Source: Perkinsus chesapeaki ATCC PRA-425
Lineage: Eukaryota > Protista > Perkinsozoa
Direction of reading: 5' to 3'
Assembly: GCA_013115145.1 (NCBI GenBank)
Contig: JAAPAO010000003.1
Coordinates: forward strand, 1 to 64,000
DNA: 64,000 nucleotides
Shown in pieces: positions 37,847 through 55,299 of this stretch. The translations under genes and the position numbers were made by a program. The notes under the pieces are model-generated. The model had not been told where the DNA came from. It saw only the letters and a list, made by a program, of their open reading frames with translations, and did no database searches. How positions within the stretch are numbered: the first letter of the stretch is position 1; every line of letters begins with the position of its first letter.

Positions 37847-39428
37847 TCAGTATTCCTCAAGTGGGCGAAAGCCGGTTGAACGCCCGACGAAAACCTTCAC
37901 AGTGCGAAGAATTCGGGCCGCGGTCACATCTGCACCGAGGTCACAAGTACTGTAGTTGCGAAGATTTTCGCAGTTCTGGTACGAGTCCCAGGCACTAAAG
38001 ATCCCAGCTCTATCGGTTACCAACATATCTCGCGCAATCGACAGCATCTGCGACTTCGACCTCCGACTCTGCTGATCCCCAAAGGTGCCTTTCTACAGCT
38101 GCCCGGAGTCTGCTAATTCCCTCACTCTGTAGTGCTGTTACGTTTGCCTTCACTTGACATCCGGCTTGCGAGGCGACATCTACGTTATTTAGTGAAGCTC
38201 GTAACCTGCAGAACGCCGCTTACTGTTTGCGATCAGCCAATCTGCACACTGCAGTACCGCGTACTTCGTGGTATCACTTCGCATTAGAAATGCAGCCGCA
38301 CCCTCTACCTGTGACTACACGAGCACCTGGTGGCCTCCCCGACACAATGTTACCTTCTCTCGGGTCGCATTCGCTAGCCCACGCGCCAATACTTCTACCG
38401 CCTGCCATGGATAAGAAATTGTCAAGGCAACAAGCAGTGTTTCAAAGCGCCATGCGGAGTCAAATAACTGAGCGGGATGGAGGTTCGCTTCCTCAAACTA
38501 CTTCGCCCGCTTCCGGAACATTCTTTGGATCAAGTCCTGCACGCTCGAGCTTGACGAGAGCCTCTTTCAGAAGGAACCAAGCTGGAATAGGATTCATGCC
38601 AACAGAAAGCTCCTTCGCCTCAGACAAGTGTCTCTTCGCTGCCTATGAATAAAGTCAGCAATATCTCAACAAAAATTTGTCGCACTTCCTGTCGCTGATC
38701 TACAGCGACTTGCAGTTTCCTCTCGATCATTTCGGCGAGCGTTTTTATTTCGCTGTCGACTTCAAGCAGACCTTTCCTTTGTTCTATAGTCGTTAAAGCA
38801 TTCCGCATCTCGTCGATCGCGCCGTAATGGAACGCTTGGCGAAACGCTCTGAGTGTACAGAGATCACCCGATCGTATTTAGGACTCCAACCAGGAGCGCG
38901 CTCAGGCTCCCTATCGACGCCTTACCTCCGCGTCTGGCGTATTTTTCTCAACCGTTCCTCGCATCCCCTTAGCGCCTTCGCAACATCTTCCATCCAGCCT
39001 ATCCCTGATTGTTTTGCCGCAAGCTTTGCCGCAATCAACTCTTTCTCTGACTTCGCAGCCTGCAAACGCGCCACTTCTCTGAAAATTTATCCTTACCGGT
39101 CAAAACCGTCACAAGCAATCGAAACGACCAATTGGACGTTCAGACGCAAGCGGTATGGAGCGACTCTCACATTTCAACGTAGTTCTCCAGCCCACGGATA
39201 GGAGCGCCTCCGTAAGCGACCTTCGGCCTCTCTGGCTCTTTGCTGAGCCTGTCAAGTCTCATCAATGCATAAGAAGCAGGCACTCGCTCGACGAAGACTT
39301 GGTCTTCATTACGGTGTTTTACAAACCGTTTCGGAGAACACGAGCGGAGCCCGGAGCAGGGTAACGCCTGACAGGACCGAGAACACTGGTGAACCAGCCA
39401 CTGAGAGGAATGAGAATCTTCTAATCAT
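37847..39428 (-). CDS. Hypothetical coiled-coil protein, multi-exon
   Basis: MRNALTTIEQRKGLLEVDSEIKTLAEMIERKLQVAVDQRQE and EVARLQAAKSEKELIAAKLAAK are heptad-rich exons. Ends approximate. Confidence 0.45.
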
Positions 39429-40273
39429 AAAAACAGACACACCAGAATTACAAGTCACTAGACTAGGGTGATGAGAGCGGATGCAGCCATGATGTTGGAA
39501 CTACTATGCTACCCTACTCTATCGCTCGCGTCGAGTGTTTGCTTATAGCTAATAAATGGAAGGGGAGGGTTTGTAGAGAGGAAGACTGTATCTGATCGTG
39601 ATCAGTATGAACGATTCCGATATTCGGCTGCAGATATACCTTCAGCAGTCGACGCAATAGGCTCTGATTTCCTTCGAGGCCGCATGACATGCGATAACAA
39701 AAAACAGCGAACGCGCTTGTAGTAAAGTAATAGGGAACGTATTAGTCGCTTCATGATTCATCTCCCCAGTGTATCGCAATCGCACTCGTTCCAACTCAGT
39801 ACCACAGGCGAATCGGTGTCTCGTCCACTAACGAGCGGTGGTATGTAATAATTTCCTGAGTGTACGCTCGGTTCATCGCTCGTGTGGGAGATTGGATTCC
39901 ACTGCGTAGCAGCCAACTTGGTGTACTAGTGCGAAGTTAGTACAAACGCAGCTTTCGCACGTACATCGGTGGGTCGAGCAAATGCAGTTACTCGATGCCA
40001 TCGAGTCGATGGCCTCCTCGAATTAATTCAACCGGGTCCACCGTACACGAAACATAAAATAATGTTGATAACAAGTATGAATTGATAATCAACACCGATT
40101 TCGCTTAATCCTGCACACTATTTTACTGCAAAGCGTACTGTACGGATTACACGGCGAAAGCTGCGTGTTAGCGAGTAAAGCGTGTATGGACCGCTCATTG
40201 AATGATATGTAACGTGATTCCGTGGCTTGTTGATGAAGTACTTCGTTATGTTCCTCTTAGGCATTTCCCCTCC

Positions 40274-40657
40274 ATGAGAAGTACTCACATCATCGTCGCT
40301 GCCGTTCTGTCAACCTTCGCGGTTGTGATTGGTGATGAAGTTCCTCCAGGAACTTATGCTTTGATCACCCCTGACTCCGTCGACCTGCAGTCCCTCAAGT
40401 TCCCTAATGCAACTTCCCAGGTCAAGTTGTACTTCGCCGGCAAATCTGGAAGGAGAAACTTTGAAGCCACATACGAGCTCAGCGGCGAAGACTTGAAGGT
40501 GACCTTCAACAAGGAGAGTGACGTAGACATAATCCACAGACTTTATGCCGGATTCATGTCCCAAACCGTCAACCAGCCAGTCCTCGATTATCATGCCTCA
40601 CAAGAGACTATTTCCTATACCACTGCTGATGGAACTTATGCTGAGTATGCGTCGTAG
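40274..40657 (+). CDS. Small secreted protein, divergent family copy C, intronless
   Basis: Signal peptide MRSTHIIVAAVLSTFAVVIG. TYALITPDSVDLQSL and FEATYELSGEDLKVTF align with copies A/B. An AG acceptor lies 13 nt before the ATG. Confidence 0.78.
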   Translation: MRSTHIIVAAVLSTFAVVIGDEVPPGTYALITPDSVDLQSLKFPNATSQVKLYFAGKSGRRNFEATYELSGEDLKVTFNKESDVDIIHRLYAGFMSQTVNQPVLDYHASQETISYTTADGTYAEYAS

Positions 40658-41163
40658 GATTAAACCTATATCAGCATATCTTCCCTATTAGTATCATGGT
40701 CTATCCTTTTTCACTTCGCTCTCTGAAACGCTTTCTCGTGTTTGGTTCAGGAGTTCTTGTAAATACTTGTCAAGAAACAGTAACCACTTCGTTCTGTTAC
40801 AACACTGTCGATAGTTCTGAATCCGTTTCTTGTCTGGAGAACGTACTCGGGCTTATCTGGCCGAAGACTTGTACACGAAGGATTGAGGAGAACGAAGCAG
40901 CTCGCACTGGACGCCTCTACACTTTCTGTGACCTGATGAGGCTTCACACAGTCTCTACAATGCCGGATGTTCTGTGGTCCACTTGCTTCACGTTAGTTAT
41001 AAACTCAAAGGCTGCGAGCGAAGGAAATGAGCGCCTACGGTGGACACTGTTGCTGGAGCCGAGGCTCTGAATTGCTGCGAATGACATAGTCATTAACTCA
41101 TGCACATAATAATAATAAACACTTGACAGTGGTGTACTGCAACATTATCATATCATTGCTTCT

Positions 41164-43339
41164 TCAACCTGGGGAGTCCGGCAATCTGCGGCTGCCACAA
41201 GAGCAGGCCTTCCTCAACCGCCGGAGAGCCCGCGTGGAACGCTCTCTACTCTCTGATCCACACCGGACCAAACTGGCCAGTTGAGAGCGTCGCCCATGGG
41301 CTTTCGGAAGCACCTCGAGATTCCGTTGTACGTCGCTACTAATAATCGAAGATTCCTGATCTGACACAGCTACTTTCCGCTCGGGCGCAGTGGGGGGCCG
41401 CCCAGCATTTTTGCTGCGGCTTTTCGATTGCGGCCAGAAGAAGTCCTGCCTTCGCTGGTGAGCCTAAACAGTGAGCCTAGCTTTCATGTGGCATCCTCAG
41501 CTACCCTCACCCGAGGATCCTTAGCACGATGAAAATCAAGAAGTTCTTCTACTTCTTCCTCTCCAACAAACGCAGAGTCCTCAGACACAGGAGAGCCACT
41601 GGTATTCGCCCGTGATCCACATATGAGCAGCCACCGTTCTCTGAGCTGGTCTTCTGGAACAGCCGGACTGTCCCTTGCTGTCACCCTTTCAAGGCATATA
41701 TTGTCGTCAACAGACTCGGGATGGCACATTGCTGCAGGTAAGGTGAGCCGTTTTGGGCGGTCTGAAAGCAAAGATCATGGGAGCTCGTAGCGCTGTGCTC
41801 TCTGTTGAGAATCTCGACGCCTGTAGGCCGAGCCACGAAGCCGTCGCTATGCACGAAACGGCCTATCCTTTCGACTCTGTTTAGGTCTTCTTCAAGTTAT
41901 TCGCACGAACAGATAAGCCCATACTCCCCACCTGCCGCTGCGGCTTCTGCCTCCTTCTTCTGTCGTTCCTGAACGCTTCGCTTGAGGACTGCCTTTTCAC
42001 GAGCCAGTGACGCCTCAAGCTCTTTGATACGTAAGTCGAGCGCCGTTGAGAACTCCCTTTCATCGAGCTCAGAGCGCCCTGTCGGTGGCAGCCCCAGCAC
42101 ACAATCGGACGTGCTGATTGGACGGTCGGGCGCACTGAGCAGAAACACAGTAGCGCAGGCTGCATGGCAACCAGACCATGCGATGGGCTCGCATAAGCAC
42201 AGTGTCAGTCTCCGTTTCATATGCTTCCGTTATAAACAATGTCAAATCTCCATGACACTACCCATACCAGAGTCCCATATCATATGGGCTACAGTTGGGA
42301 ACGATAGCCGCGGTGAGTTATTTGAGCTTTCTAATGCAATCACCATTGCTGAACTCGATCCTGGAGTCAGTTTGGTCCCAAGACAGGTTAAATACCGTCT
42401 ACGCCGTGAAGAAGCGAAATTCGCTCACCTCTTATAGGCGACAGCTGTCGGTGTATCCGTCGTAATAGCGCTCATCTTCCTCTCTGATTTCACATCAACT
42501 GTATCCACGCTCTCATCATGGTACAGAAGCTGGTGGTGCAGAGCAGCCGCATCCATGCTGTTGATCACCGGCTTGGCCATAGCGACGCCTGAGGAGTCAG
42601 ATGACGCTTTATGAAGCTGTTCCATAAGGTCTGCGCACCTTCCCTCAATGCCAAAGACACATCGCGGAAGCTCTCACACAAACTGTTCATGGTGGCCAAA
42701 GCGACCTTGCCGGGCACACCGTCGGTTATTATTTCCAGGTAATCGCCCATCGCCCCGAAGGTAAGCGCGAGTTGGGTGCTCATCTGAAACGACGACGTAG
42801 GTGGATACTGAAGAACGTATATGCTATACGGTATACCACACTGAACAGGTCTCGGCCGGAGTGGTTTTTGGTACATTTCGCGGCCAATGCTACCATGAAC
42901 AAGAAGAATAAAACAGCTAAACACATAGAGGCCAGAAAAGCGCAACGGAAAAGGAATTGAATTTTACATTTAGTAGTCATTCTTTAAATTTTACTCTAGT
43001 CCACTGTACACTGTCACCGGAGAGCAGTCTTTCCAAACATACAAATTTCCGTTTTAATTCGGACGGTGATTCCCTGTGAACTCCTAGCACGGCTCTAGAA
43101 CATCTTACCTTCACCAGAGATGACGTAGCCAGCTGGTGAGAGCTCTCCTCATTAGGCTTCAATAACGAGGCCTCCTCTTCCAGTGCCGGAAGCAGCGCCT
43201 GCAGCACTCTATCACTGCACCCACCACTGTGGCACATGCCCACCTGCTCCGCTCTCAGAGCTGCCCGAGCCAGGCCAGCGATAACCTCACAAAGCTTCTC
43301 CTCTGGGTCTACTTGTGACGGCGCGTACAAATAACTCAT
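41164..43339 (-). CDS. Hypothetical protein(s), partly coiled-coil
   Basis: Exons MSYLYAPSQVDPEEKLCEVIAGLARAALRAEQ and EFSTALDLRIKELEASLAREKAVLKRSVQERQKKE. May be two genes, because 42565-42945 has its own signal-like start. Confidence 0.4.
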
Positions 43340-43549
43340 TCAACACTTCCTGCTCGTACGCGCCCGTCATACCGCTACTTTCTCCCAGAATCTCCCTCCA
43401 CTCAGAAAACGCAAAACTCAAAGTAAGGAAGGCAAGCTCAAGTTTCAAGAGCGCCTGTTATTATTAACAACAGCATGGCATTGGCCACTCAATCGTGTCA
43501 TAGACACGGTGCATGGTATAATGATTAATGACAACTCTCTCTCATTAGC

Positions 43550-44600
43550 ACTCCTCATCAGCAGTGCTAGCCCCGTCCGACTCGGCATCATGCGTCTTCG
43601 CGACAATCGCCTTGCCCAGCTCGCTCCGTGCCGATATGCCGGGTGCGACCATCAGCGCCGGAACGGCCTCGCGAGATTCGCAGACCGCCGTCGCGCTGTC
43701 AGGCCTCGATGGTTTCTGAACACAACAGTGTCCTCAATGCTTCATGCCCGATGCTTACATGTACTCCCCGGAATACGGGACTTAGGAACTTGCGAGATGA
43801 CAGCTTCTTCAGCCAGGCTGCTACGGCGTGACGGTATATTATCTAACGAGCAGGATTCCCCAAATTCGTCATAGGAAATCTCACCACGGCGACAGTCAAT
43901 AGTATAGCCGACATGACCAGAGAAATGATAACATTTAATAAAGCTTGAGCAAGGGGGAGTGGGAAGCTGGCGCGTCCATTCGGAACCGCACTTCCTCGTC
44001 TGAACACCGCAACAGTCGATAGCTCACTGTCGGACAGGAATTCTTCGGCAAGACCTACAAGGCAGTGTTGCTGTTGCTTTTCGGCGCCTCCACCGAGCCT
44101 GGGATGAGCGGCCATTGCTCCAAGGCAGTCTAAAGTCAAGGAGCTCTCGATAACCAGCTAAGATCCAAACTGTTACCATCACGCTCCTGTCCATGGATTC
44201 CTCCACCTCGTCCAGTGCGTTCAGTATCTTACTTGTAGCCGACACCTGAGCAATCACATTTTGCACTTAGCAACTTCAGATCTTACCAAGTCAGCAATCT
44301 GGCTTTCACCAGCTCGTCGACGCAAGGCCATGGCAGAGCCGGCAAACACGAAGCATGTGGTGTATTTCATTTAAGTACTGATTCCGTTAACTGCAACAGT
44401 GAACCCTTGTTCTTCGGACTTGGCCTGCTGCCAACTGGTACAGCCTATCGTATAGAACTCTTCTTCTGACTTCCCCTCTACTTTACATGACACTTCAGCC
44501 CATCTTTGTCGGCTCGCCATTCGCTCCTCAAGTGCTTATTTCTAGACTAGATCTATCAATGCTGCAATATTATCGACTTGATACCTCTCCACTGGGGCCG
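43550..44600 (-). CDS. Hypothetical protein, multi-exon
   Basis: Exon-like ORFs (ATSKILNALDEVEESMDRS, QHCLVGLAEEFLSDSELSTVAVF). No family recognised. Confidence 0.3.
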
Positions 44601-44993
44601 AACCATACACTCTATTGCTGCCTGACAACCCATTCCCAATGGTTGCCAATGTAAGGTTGACTAATACACACCGAGGCTTCACACTTTACTATGATAATGA
44701 TACAATATTAATGGACCAAATAGCAACGAATAGTCCTCAGTAATTGTCCGAAAATGAGTTCTGAGTATCCCACAAAAGCACTACCAAATACCTTCATCCA
44801 CACACAATACAATTGTCAACGACCATTTGAGCCATCTTTTTATTTTTGGGCGAGCGAGATTAACTTTGCGCTGCCTTTCGCCCCACTCCGCCGCCGTGCG
44901 AAGCTGTTGTTGTTGTTGGCAAACACTAGACTCGTTGTGTATAGGACAGTGAAACGACGTTGATGATGAAGGAGGAGAGGGAATAGTAAGTGG

Positions 44994-46061
44994 TTATCTC
45001 CGCTTCTTCCAGCTGTTCTTGGCGGCTTTGCTCTTCCGCTTCACTTTGTACGGTGCTCGCAACTTCGCCATTGTTTGGGCCTCGCCCAGACGACGTTGAG
45101 TCCACGCCTGCACAGTTGGATCCTTCAAGGCATCAGATAACAACGACACTCCGGAGCCTGCGGAGATACATTCTGACACCTCTAGCTGTCTCCAAGGCAT
45201 ACCTCGAGATCTCTTGTTATAGGTTCCAGCGGCCTGACTTTCAGCACCACCACCGGCCCTGATCTTGCCGCCGCCGACCTCCACTCCAACGTGAAAGTGC
45301 GTCGGCAGCTTGTTGCTGTCCAGTCTCTTCATGAACTTCTTCGGGTCCATGTATGGCTTCAACTTGAGAATCTAAAATCAATGGACTTCCCAGTGCACCA
45401 TTGATAGACAGCAGTGATCTTACCCTCAATTCGTTTTTCATCTGGGGCGTCAGCTGCTGGCGCGGCAATCCAAACCAGCCCTCCAGCCGCTCGTCCTTCC
45501 CTCGCTTAGCCTCTTTCCTAAACCATAAACGCCCGTGAAGGGACAGCAGCACACAATGGCACTTACCTTTCTGCTGCAGCCTGCACGACATCCGGAGCAG
45601 GCGCGTTCAGAGCCAGAGCGTCTCGCCTAGGCAAAGGCTTCGTCGCCGAGTCACCTATGACCTCCTCCGGATCGACATTCCACTCCCCTATACAATAATC
45701 ATTCCTTCTCCAGTTGAGCTTCTAGCCGCCCACCTGCTTTAGCTTTTGTGTTCAAGCCGCCCAGATTGATAGACGAGCTCTCACTGGTGTGGTCCGTTGA
45801 AGCGAACGTTCGTGGTGGCTGACGCGTCGTTGCCAAGGACAAGTCAAGACCACTGAAGAACTCCCCTCCAGCCTCCGCAGTGCCTTTCGCCACGCCCCTC
45901 TGAGGCTTCCCAGCGGTATCTGACAGCGCCTCCTTTGACAGTAAAGTGTGGTATAATGGAAACCCACCCTCAGCTGCGACCTTCGCCTTCAGCCTGTCGC
46001 TGACGAACCTCATAACGAAGTCATCATCATCATCGCTGTCATCCTGCAAAGTCGTCGACAT
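44994..46061 (-). CDS. FCF2: Fcf2/DNTTIP2 pre-rRNA processing protein
   Basis: GWFGLPRQQLTPQMKNELR|..LKPYMDPKKFMKRLDSNKLPTHFHVG matches the Fcf2 domain; basic C-terminus. Confidence 0.85.
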
Positions 46062-46463
46062 CAGAAAACAACAACTACAATTGGGACACATTGGCGTAAG
46101 GAGAGCACAAGCCACGGTGTCGAAGACAAAGGATTAGTGAAGGAGTGCGGGCAATGCTAAGCTGGTACTGGTTCATCACAGTTGAAGCCTTCGACTGTGA
46201 GCTGGAGCTCCGGTCGATACAAACACTGGCTCGTTAAGGAACGATGATCATCATCATCATCGACGTCTCCCACCGCCACCACGGCCTGCACACAACTGCA
46301 TCATCACACTCATTGTAATAGTGTGGCTAACACGATATCTATATATTAAAATGTATACAACATCACACTGTAATGATGATGATGATGATGAGCATAGGGG
46401 AATGACTAAGTGGGCGACGTGACTAACACTATATACAGGACAAGTGTGATGAGAGTAACACGC

Positions 46464-50405
<3,942 letters not shown>

Positions 50406-50644
50406 CTACAATCAACTTGAGAAGACCACGACAACCAAAGTCCAGGCCAACACAGCAACATGGGACATAAAAAACTGCGAAAAGTAGCCATGAAGAACTG
50501 CTGGACATTCGATCACGGACAGCACCGGGCAACCGACCCGACAAGACCAAGTCGATAGCGAACACCAGGTGATGAGAGTTACCAAGGCGTCGCAAATGAA
50601 CCGCATCGGAGAAGCCCATTTCATACCGCTCCTTCTCCTAATCA

Positions 50645-52714
50645 TCACATCTCATCATGCACCCCCACCCCGCCGCCTTTCAAGACCCTCCTAACAGCTT
50701 CCACCACCATCTCAACATTAACTAGTAATCTTTTCCTTCCCATTGCTCTATCATCCTCCCCAGCACCATCCACCAGCACCCGTTCATACCTCAACCCCAA
50801 AGCTTCAGCCAAGTACATATAATGCCACGACAAGGGCGTCGCGAATCCAAGCTCGATGACAGCAGTTCCCTTCCGACAGAACAGTATGTTCGACAACCCA
50901 GCGCCGTGCACGCCCACTACTACTGCTGCCCGCGAAAACAGCTCCACCGCCTCTCTTGGCCGCTGCTCCGCTCCATCAAACTCCTTAATAGTAATACCTT
51001 CCACCCGTTGAAGAGCTGCAATGAGCTGTCTTTCATTCTTAAGTATCCTAGACTCGTCTCGAGATGCCTTCCTCACCAGCCACACAACAATAGTCTCCCC
51101 AGGCCGCTCCCCCACTCCCCTAGTCATCGCCTCCCTCAATCTCCGGAGCAGTGGATCAGGCGTGACACAATGCAGCGGTAGATCGTACTTGGCATCGATT
51201 CGAGCTGGCCAAGTATATGTGACCGCCTCCGACACTTTGGCCCGAACATGCCTCCCTCCCTCAGTAGGATAGTACACTTTCTCTGCATTACCAATGCCAA
51301 GCCCTTCCAGCAGTATGTCCGTAAAACCATCCACAAAGCCTGCCCACGGCAGCAGTATCTGACATCGGTTACATCTGCCCGCGAGATGCCCCCTCCCAGA
51401 CCTTAGGCTTCGCCGCAGCTCGAATCTCCTCCTGCAAAGCAACAATGCGTGGCAAGGATTCCAGGAGGAAATGATAAAACATAGTCGACCGGTAGCCCAC
51501 CGTGACGAACACCTGCGACATCCTCCCATCAATCAGGCGCTTTCTCCTTCCATCACCTTTCCTTCAAAAACTCTCGGACGTCCCTGTAAGGGCGGCGGAG
51601 GCGTCTCACGAGCGGGATCAGGATACGGAAGATTGTCCCCTAGATTCAGATACAGATGAGCCGATAACCTGGAGTCCCAGAGATGCCATAGGCGTAGCTA
51701 ACTCTTTAGTACACTGTAAAAACGCAATCTGATTTCTGCAACATGACCGCATCGCCTCCTATAAGCTCCACATTTGCGAGCTCCAACCTGCCCTCTGCCG
51801 CAATGTCTTCCAGACGCCCTAATAGGACCCAAGTCCAATAGATTATGCGATCCCACGTTTAAAGTGATGAAGAGACTTCCCCGGTACTACCTTCGGTCGT
51901 ACAGCCTAACACCGGGCTTGCCAACTCGATCGCCGCAGCCTGCGCCTTTCGGAAGGCCTCCACTGCCAGTGTCCAGGCGCCACTAGGGTCCACTTCAGAT
52001 CGCATCATATACATAGTACCTATCAACAACTACACATAACTCAGGCAGCTGGTCAGTTGGCTCACCGAGATCATGGAGATTCAGAGGATGGTTGGGCACA
52101 AGTTCCACTTGCCTCTTTGCCAGTTCTATGCTCTTTGATATATTACCTTGCCCTTTTCTATACACCCTATCGCGCTCCATGGACACCTACCGCCTCGCCA
52201 TCACCGGCAGCTCCTCCATTTTCCAACCCACCTTCCCTATCAAGGTCTTCCTTTGTCGTCCAGCAATCTGCTCTCTGAGCTCAGTCGCCCGTTCACTAGA
52301 GATGCTCCTTCCCTCGGAGGCATCAACCGCGCGAGAGGCTGCCTGCTCGCCACTACTAGAAAACTTTAAAAAGGACACTGTACCTCCCACGCCTTCAAGC
52401 TGTTGTCCATATAGTTTGCGTTGAGCTCCAAGTTCGCCATGGTCAAGTGGGCCTGGGGCTCGTCCGGCTCCAGCTCAATCGCTTCCGCATAGAGCCCTCG
52501 CACCTTTTTCAAGTGCCCTGAGGCCCCAGGTTCGATCCCTAGGCACGGCATACTCACTCATAGCTTTCTGGAAGTCTGACCGAGCCGCAGCCTTATCCGC
52601 TTTCTCCGCCAGTGACAGCATCCTTTCACAGAGCTGCTCGTACCGACTATCCTGCGCGACTGCTGCTGAGAGCGCGCAGAAAATGACCTCTAAAACATAG
52701 ACGATGAAACGCAT
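50645..52714 (-). CDS. Signal peptide + TPR + glycosyltransferase family 61 (DUF563)
   Basis: Signal MRFIVYVLEVIFCALSAAVA; TPR-like LYAEAIELEPDEPQAHLTMANL and IELAKRQVELVPNHPLNLHDLG; GT61 motifs FYHFLLESLPRI and VVVGVHGAGLSNILFCRKGTAVIEL. Joining TPR and GT61 into one gene is inferred from co-orientation and splice sites. Confidence 0.8.
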
Positions 52715-53019
52715 CAACGCTGCCAATTCACAGGTATTCGGGGGTAAGTTTTCGGACCACAGTGTGATGTGAGAAGTTGTATGGTTTCCGAGACCATTAA
52801 AATACAGAGAAAGTACAAGCGTGGGGTTCGAACCTGTGCACTTCCTGCACGCGAGAGGAAAGGCACGCCAGTACAAATTGTGCCAGTTCGAGGCTCCAAC
52901 TTGCGGTCTCCAAAAGACCCCAATCTACTTTCCTCTAAGTACTAATTGATACGAACTCCGTGTGTGTTGGCTAGCTGTTGCAATGGCTCACTCCAGCGAC
53001 ACAGATATCGGACTCGTCC

Positions 53020-53348
53020 ATGAATGACACTTCTTCATCTTTCGGCACGTTCTCGAGTAGTTCTGAGGAGGAAAGCCAGAGACATTACGCTCACGCCGTG
53101 AATGCTCTCAGCCAGGAGCTACAATGCTCCATCCGCCAGGTTCGCTGATATGAGCCGATTCCTCCTCACAACCCTGCCAGTAGCTATGCACTGAAGCCTC
53201 GGCTACCAGATGATCCCATCTGTTCTGTCGAGCCTGCCTTCGTAGATGGCTAAGGGCGTCGGGTCGCAAGAAGTGTCCAGTTTGCCGATGCCGTGCCCAC
53301 TATCTTGATTATTCTCAAACTACGCATTGCTGGCGTCATGAATCATGA
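53020..53348 (+). pseudogene. C3HC4 RING (BRCA1-N-terminal-like) probable pseudogene
   Basis: MNDT...AVNALSQELQCSIRQ|LCTEASATR*SHLFCRACLRRWLRASGRKKCPVCR. Cys2 codon is CGC and Cys3 codon is TGA (53211-53213). Confidence 0.72.
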
Positions 53349-53819
53349 CCATGAATCAAGTTGTTTAATGCCGGAGATCATGACTTATGATATCTGCCAT
53401 CAACAACTTGGATACCACTGAGGTGTACGCATGCACATTGTGCACGGTTGGTATTTAGGTGCTGCCTGTCACGCAGATGCGGAGCTAATCAAAGCACAAG
53501 CGATTATCGACTCGATAATATCGAGTCATGTAGTCTTTCTAACCCCCACCAATTTCCTTCTATAATGTCGTTGTTGAGTTTGGCAGTGTCGCATACTGGT
53601 TCTGTCCTCACATTTGTCTTGTGCTGCACCACTTGTGCGTGTCACGTTCATTGGGATCTCTTTTCCTGTGTGTGTGAGCTTATAGTCCAAGACCGAGAAT
53701 GGCTTACACTATCCATTCTGCGTGCAACTCCTTCCGGGAGGGTTTAATACCTATACTGTGAACCTATTCGTGTAGCACAATCACGGCATCATTACCTATA
53801 TCGTTTAGGCCAGCATCAT

Positions 53820-54056
53820 GACGGCGGGTATAAATTCAGTATCATATAATCATATAGGCCTTTTGTATACAATTATATGATATAGATATATGATTATTAT
53901 CATAATTGGTATTGGTTATAGTGATTATATAATAACCATGTAGACCACCAATAGTATAACCCACGAAATATATACTATTGGCTGAACATATGTTATTCTA
54001 TACAATATATTATATAATATTATGAAGACTGTTAACATCAGAGCTTCAATTCCTAG
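53820..54056 (+). promoter_or_regulatory. AT-rich hairpin-containing region ending in an AG acceptor directly before THI4 ATG
   Basis: Markedly AT-rich. 11-bp IR CCAATAGTATA (53948-53958)/TATACTATTGG (53971-53981); TTCCTAG ends at 54056, 1 nt before the ATG. Confidence 0.45.
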
Positions 54057-54057
54057 A

Positions 54058-55194
<1,137 letters not shown>

Positions 55195-55299
55195 GCTTTC
55201 TTTATCTTTGTTTCCGGTCTTTACCGAATATTCCATTCTTTGTCAACAACATTTTATTTAACCCTCTTATGAATGAGTTTTTACATCACATTGACTTGC

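Noticed and set aside
46248-46391. (CAT)n and (ATG)n tracts forming an inverted repeat
   Set aside because: Simple microsatellites; similar tracts occur at 24495 and 46020.
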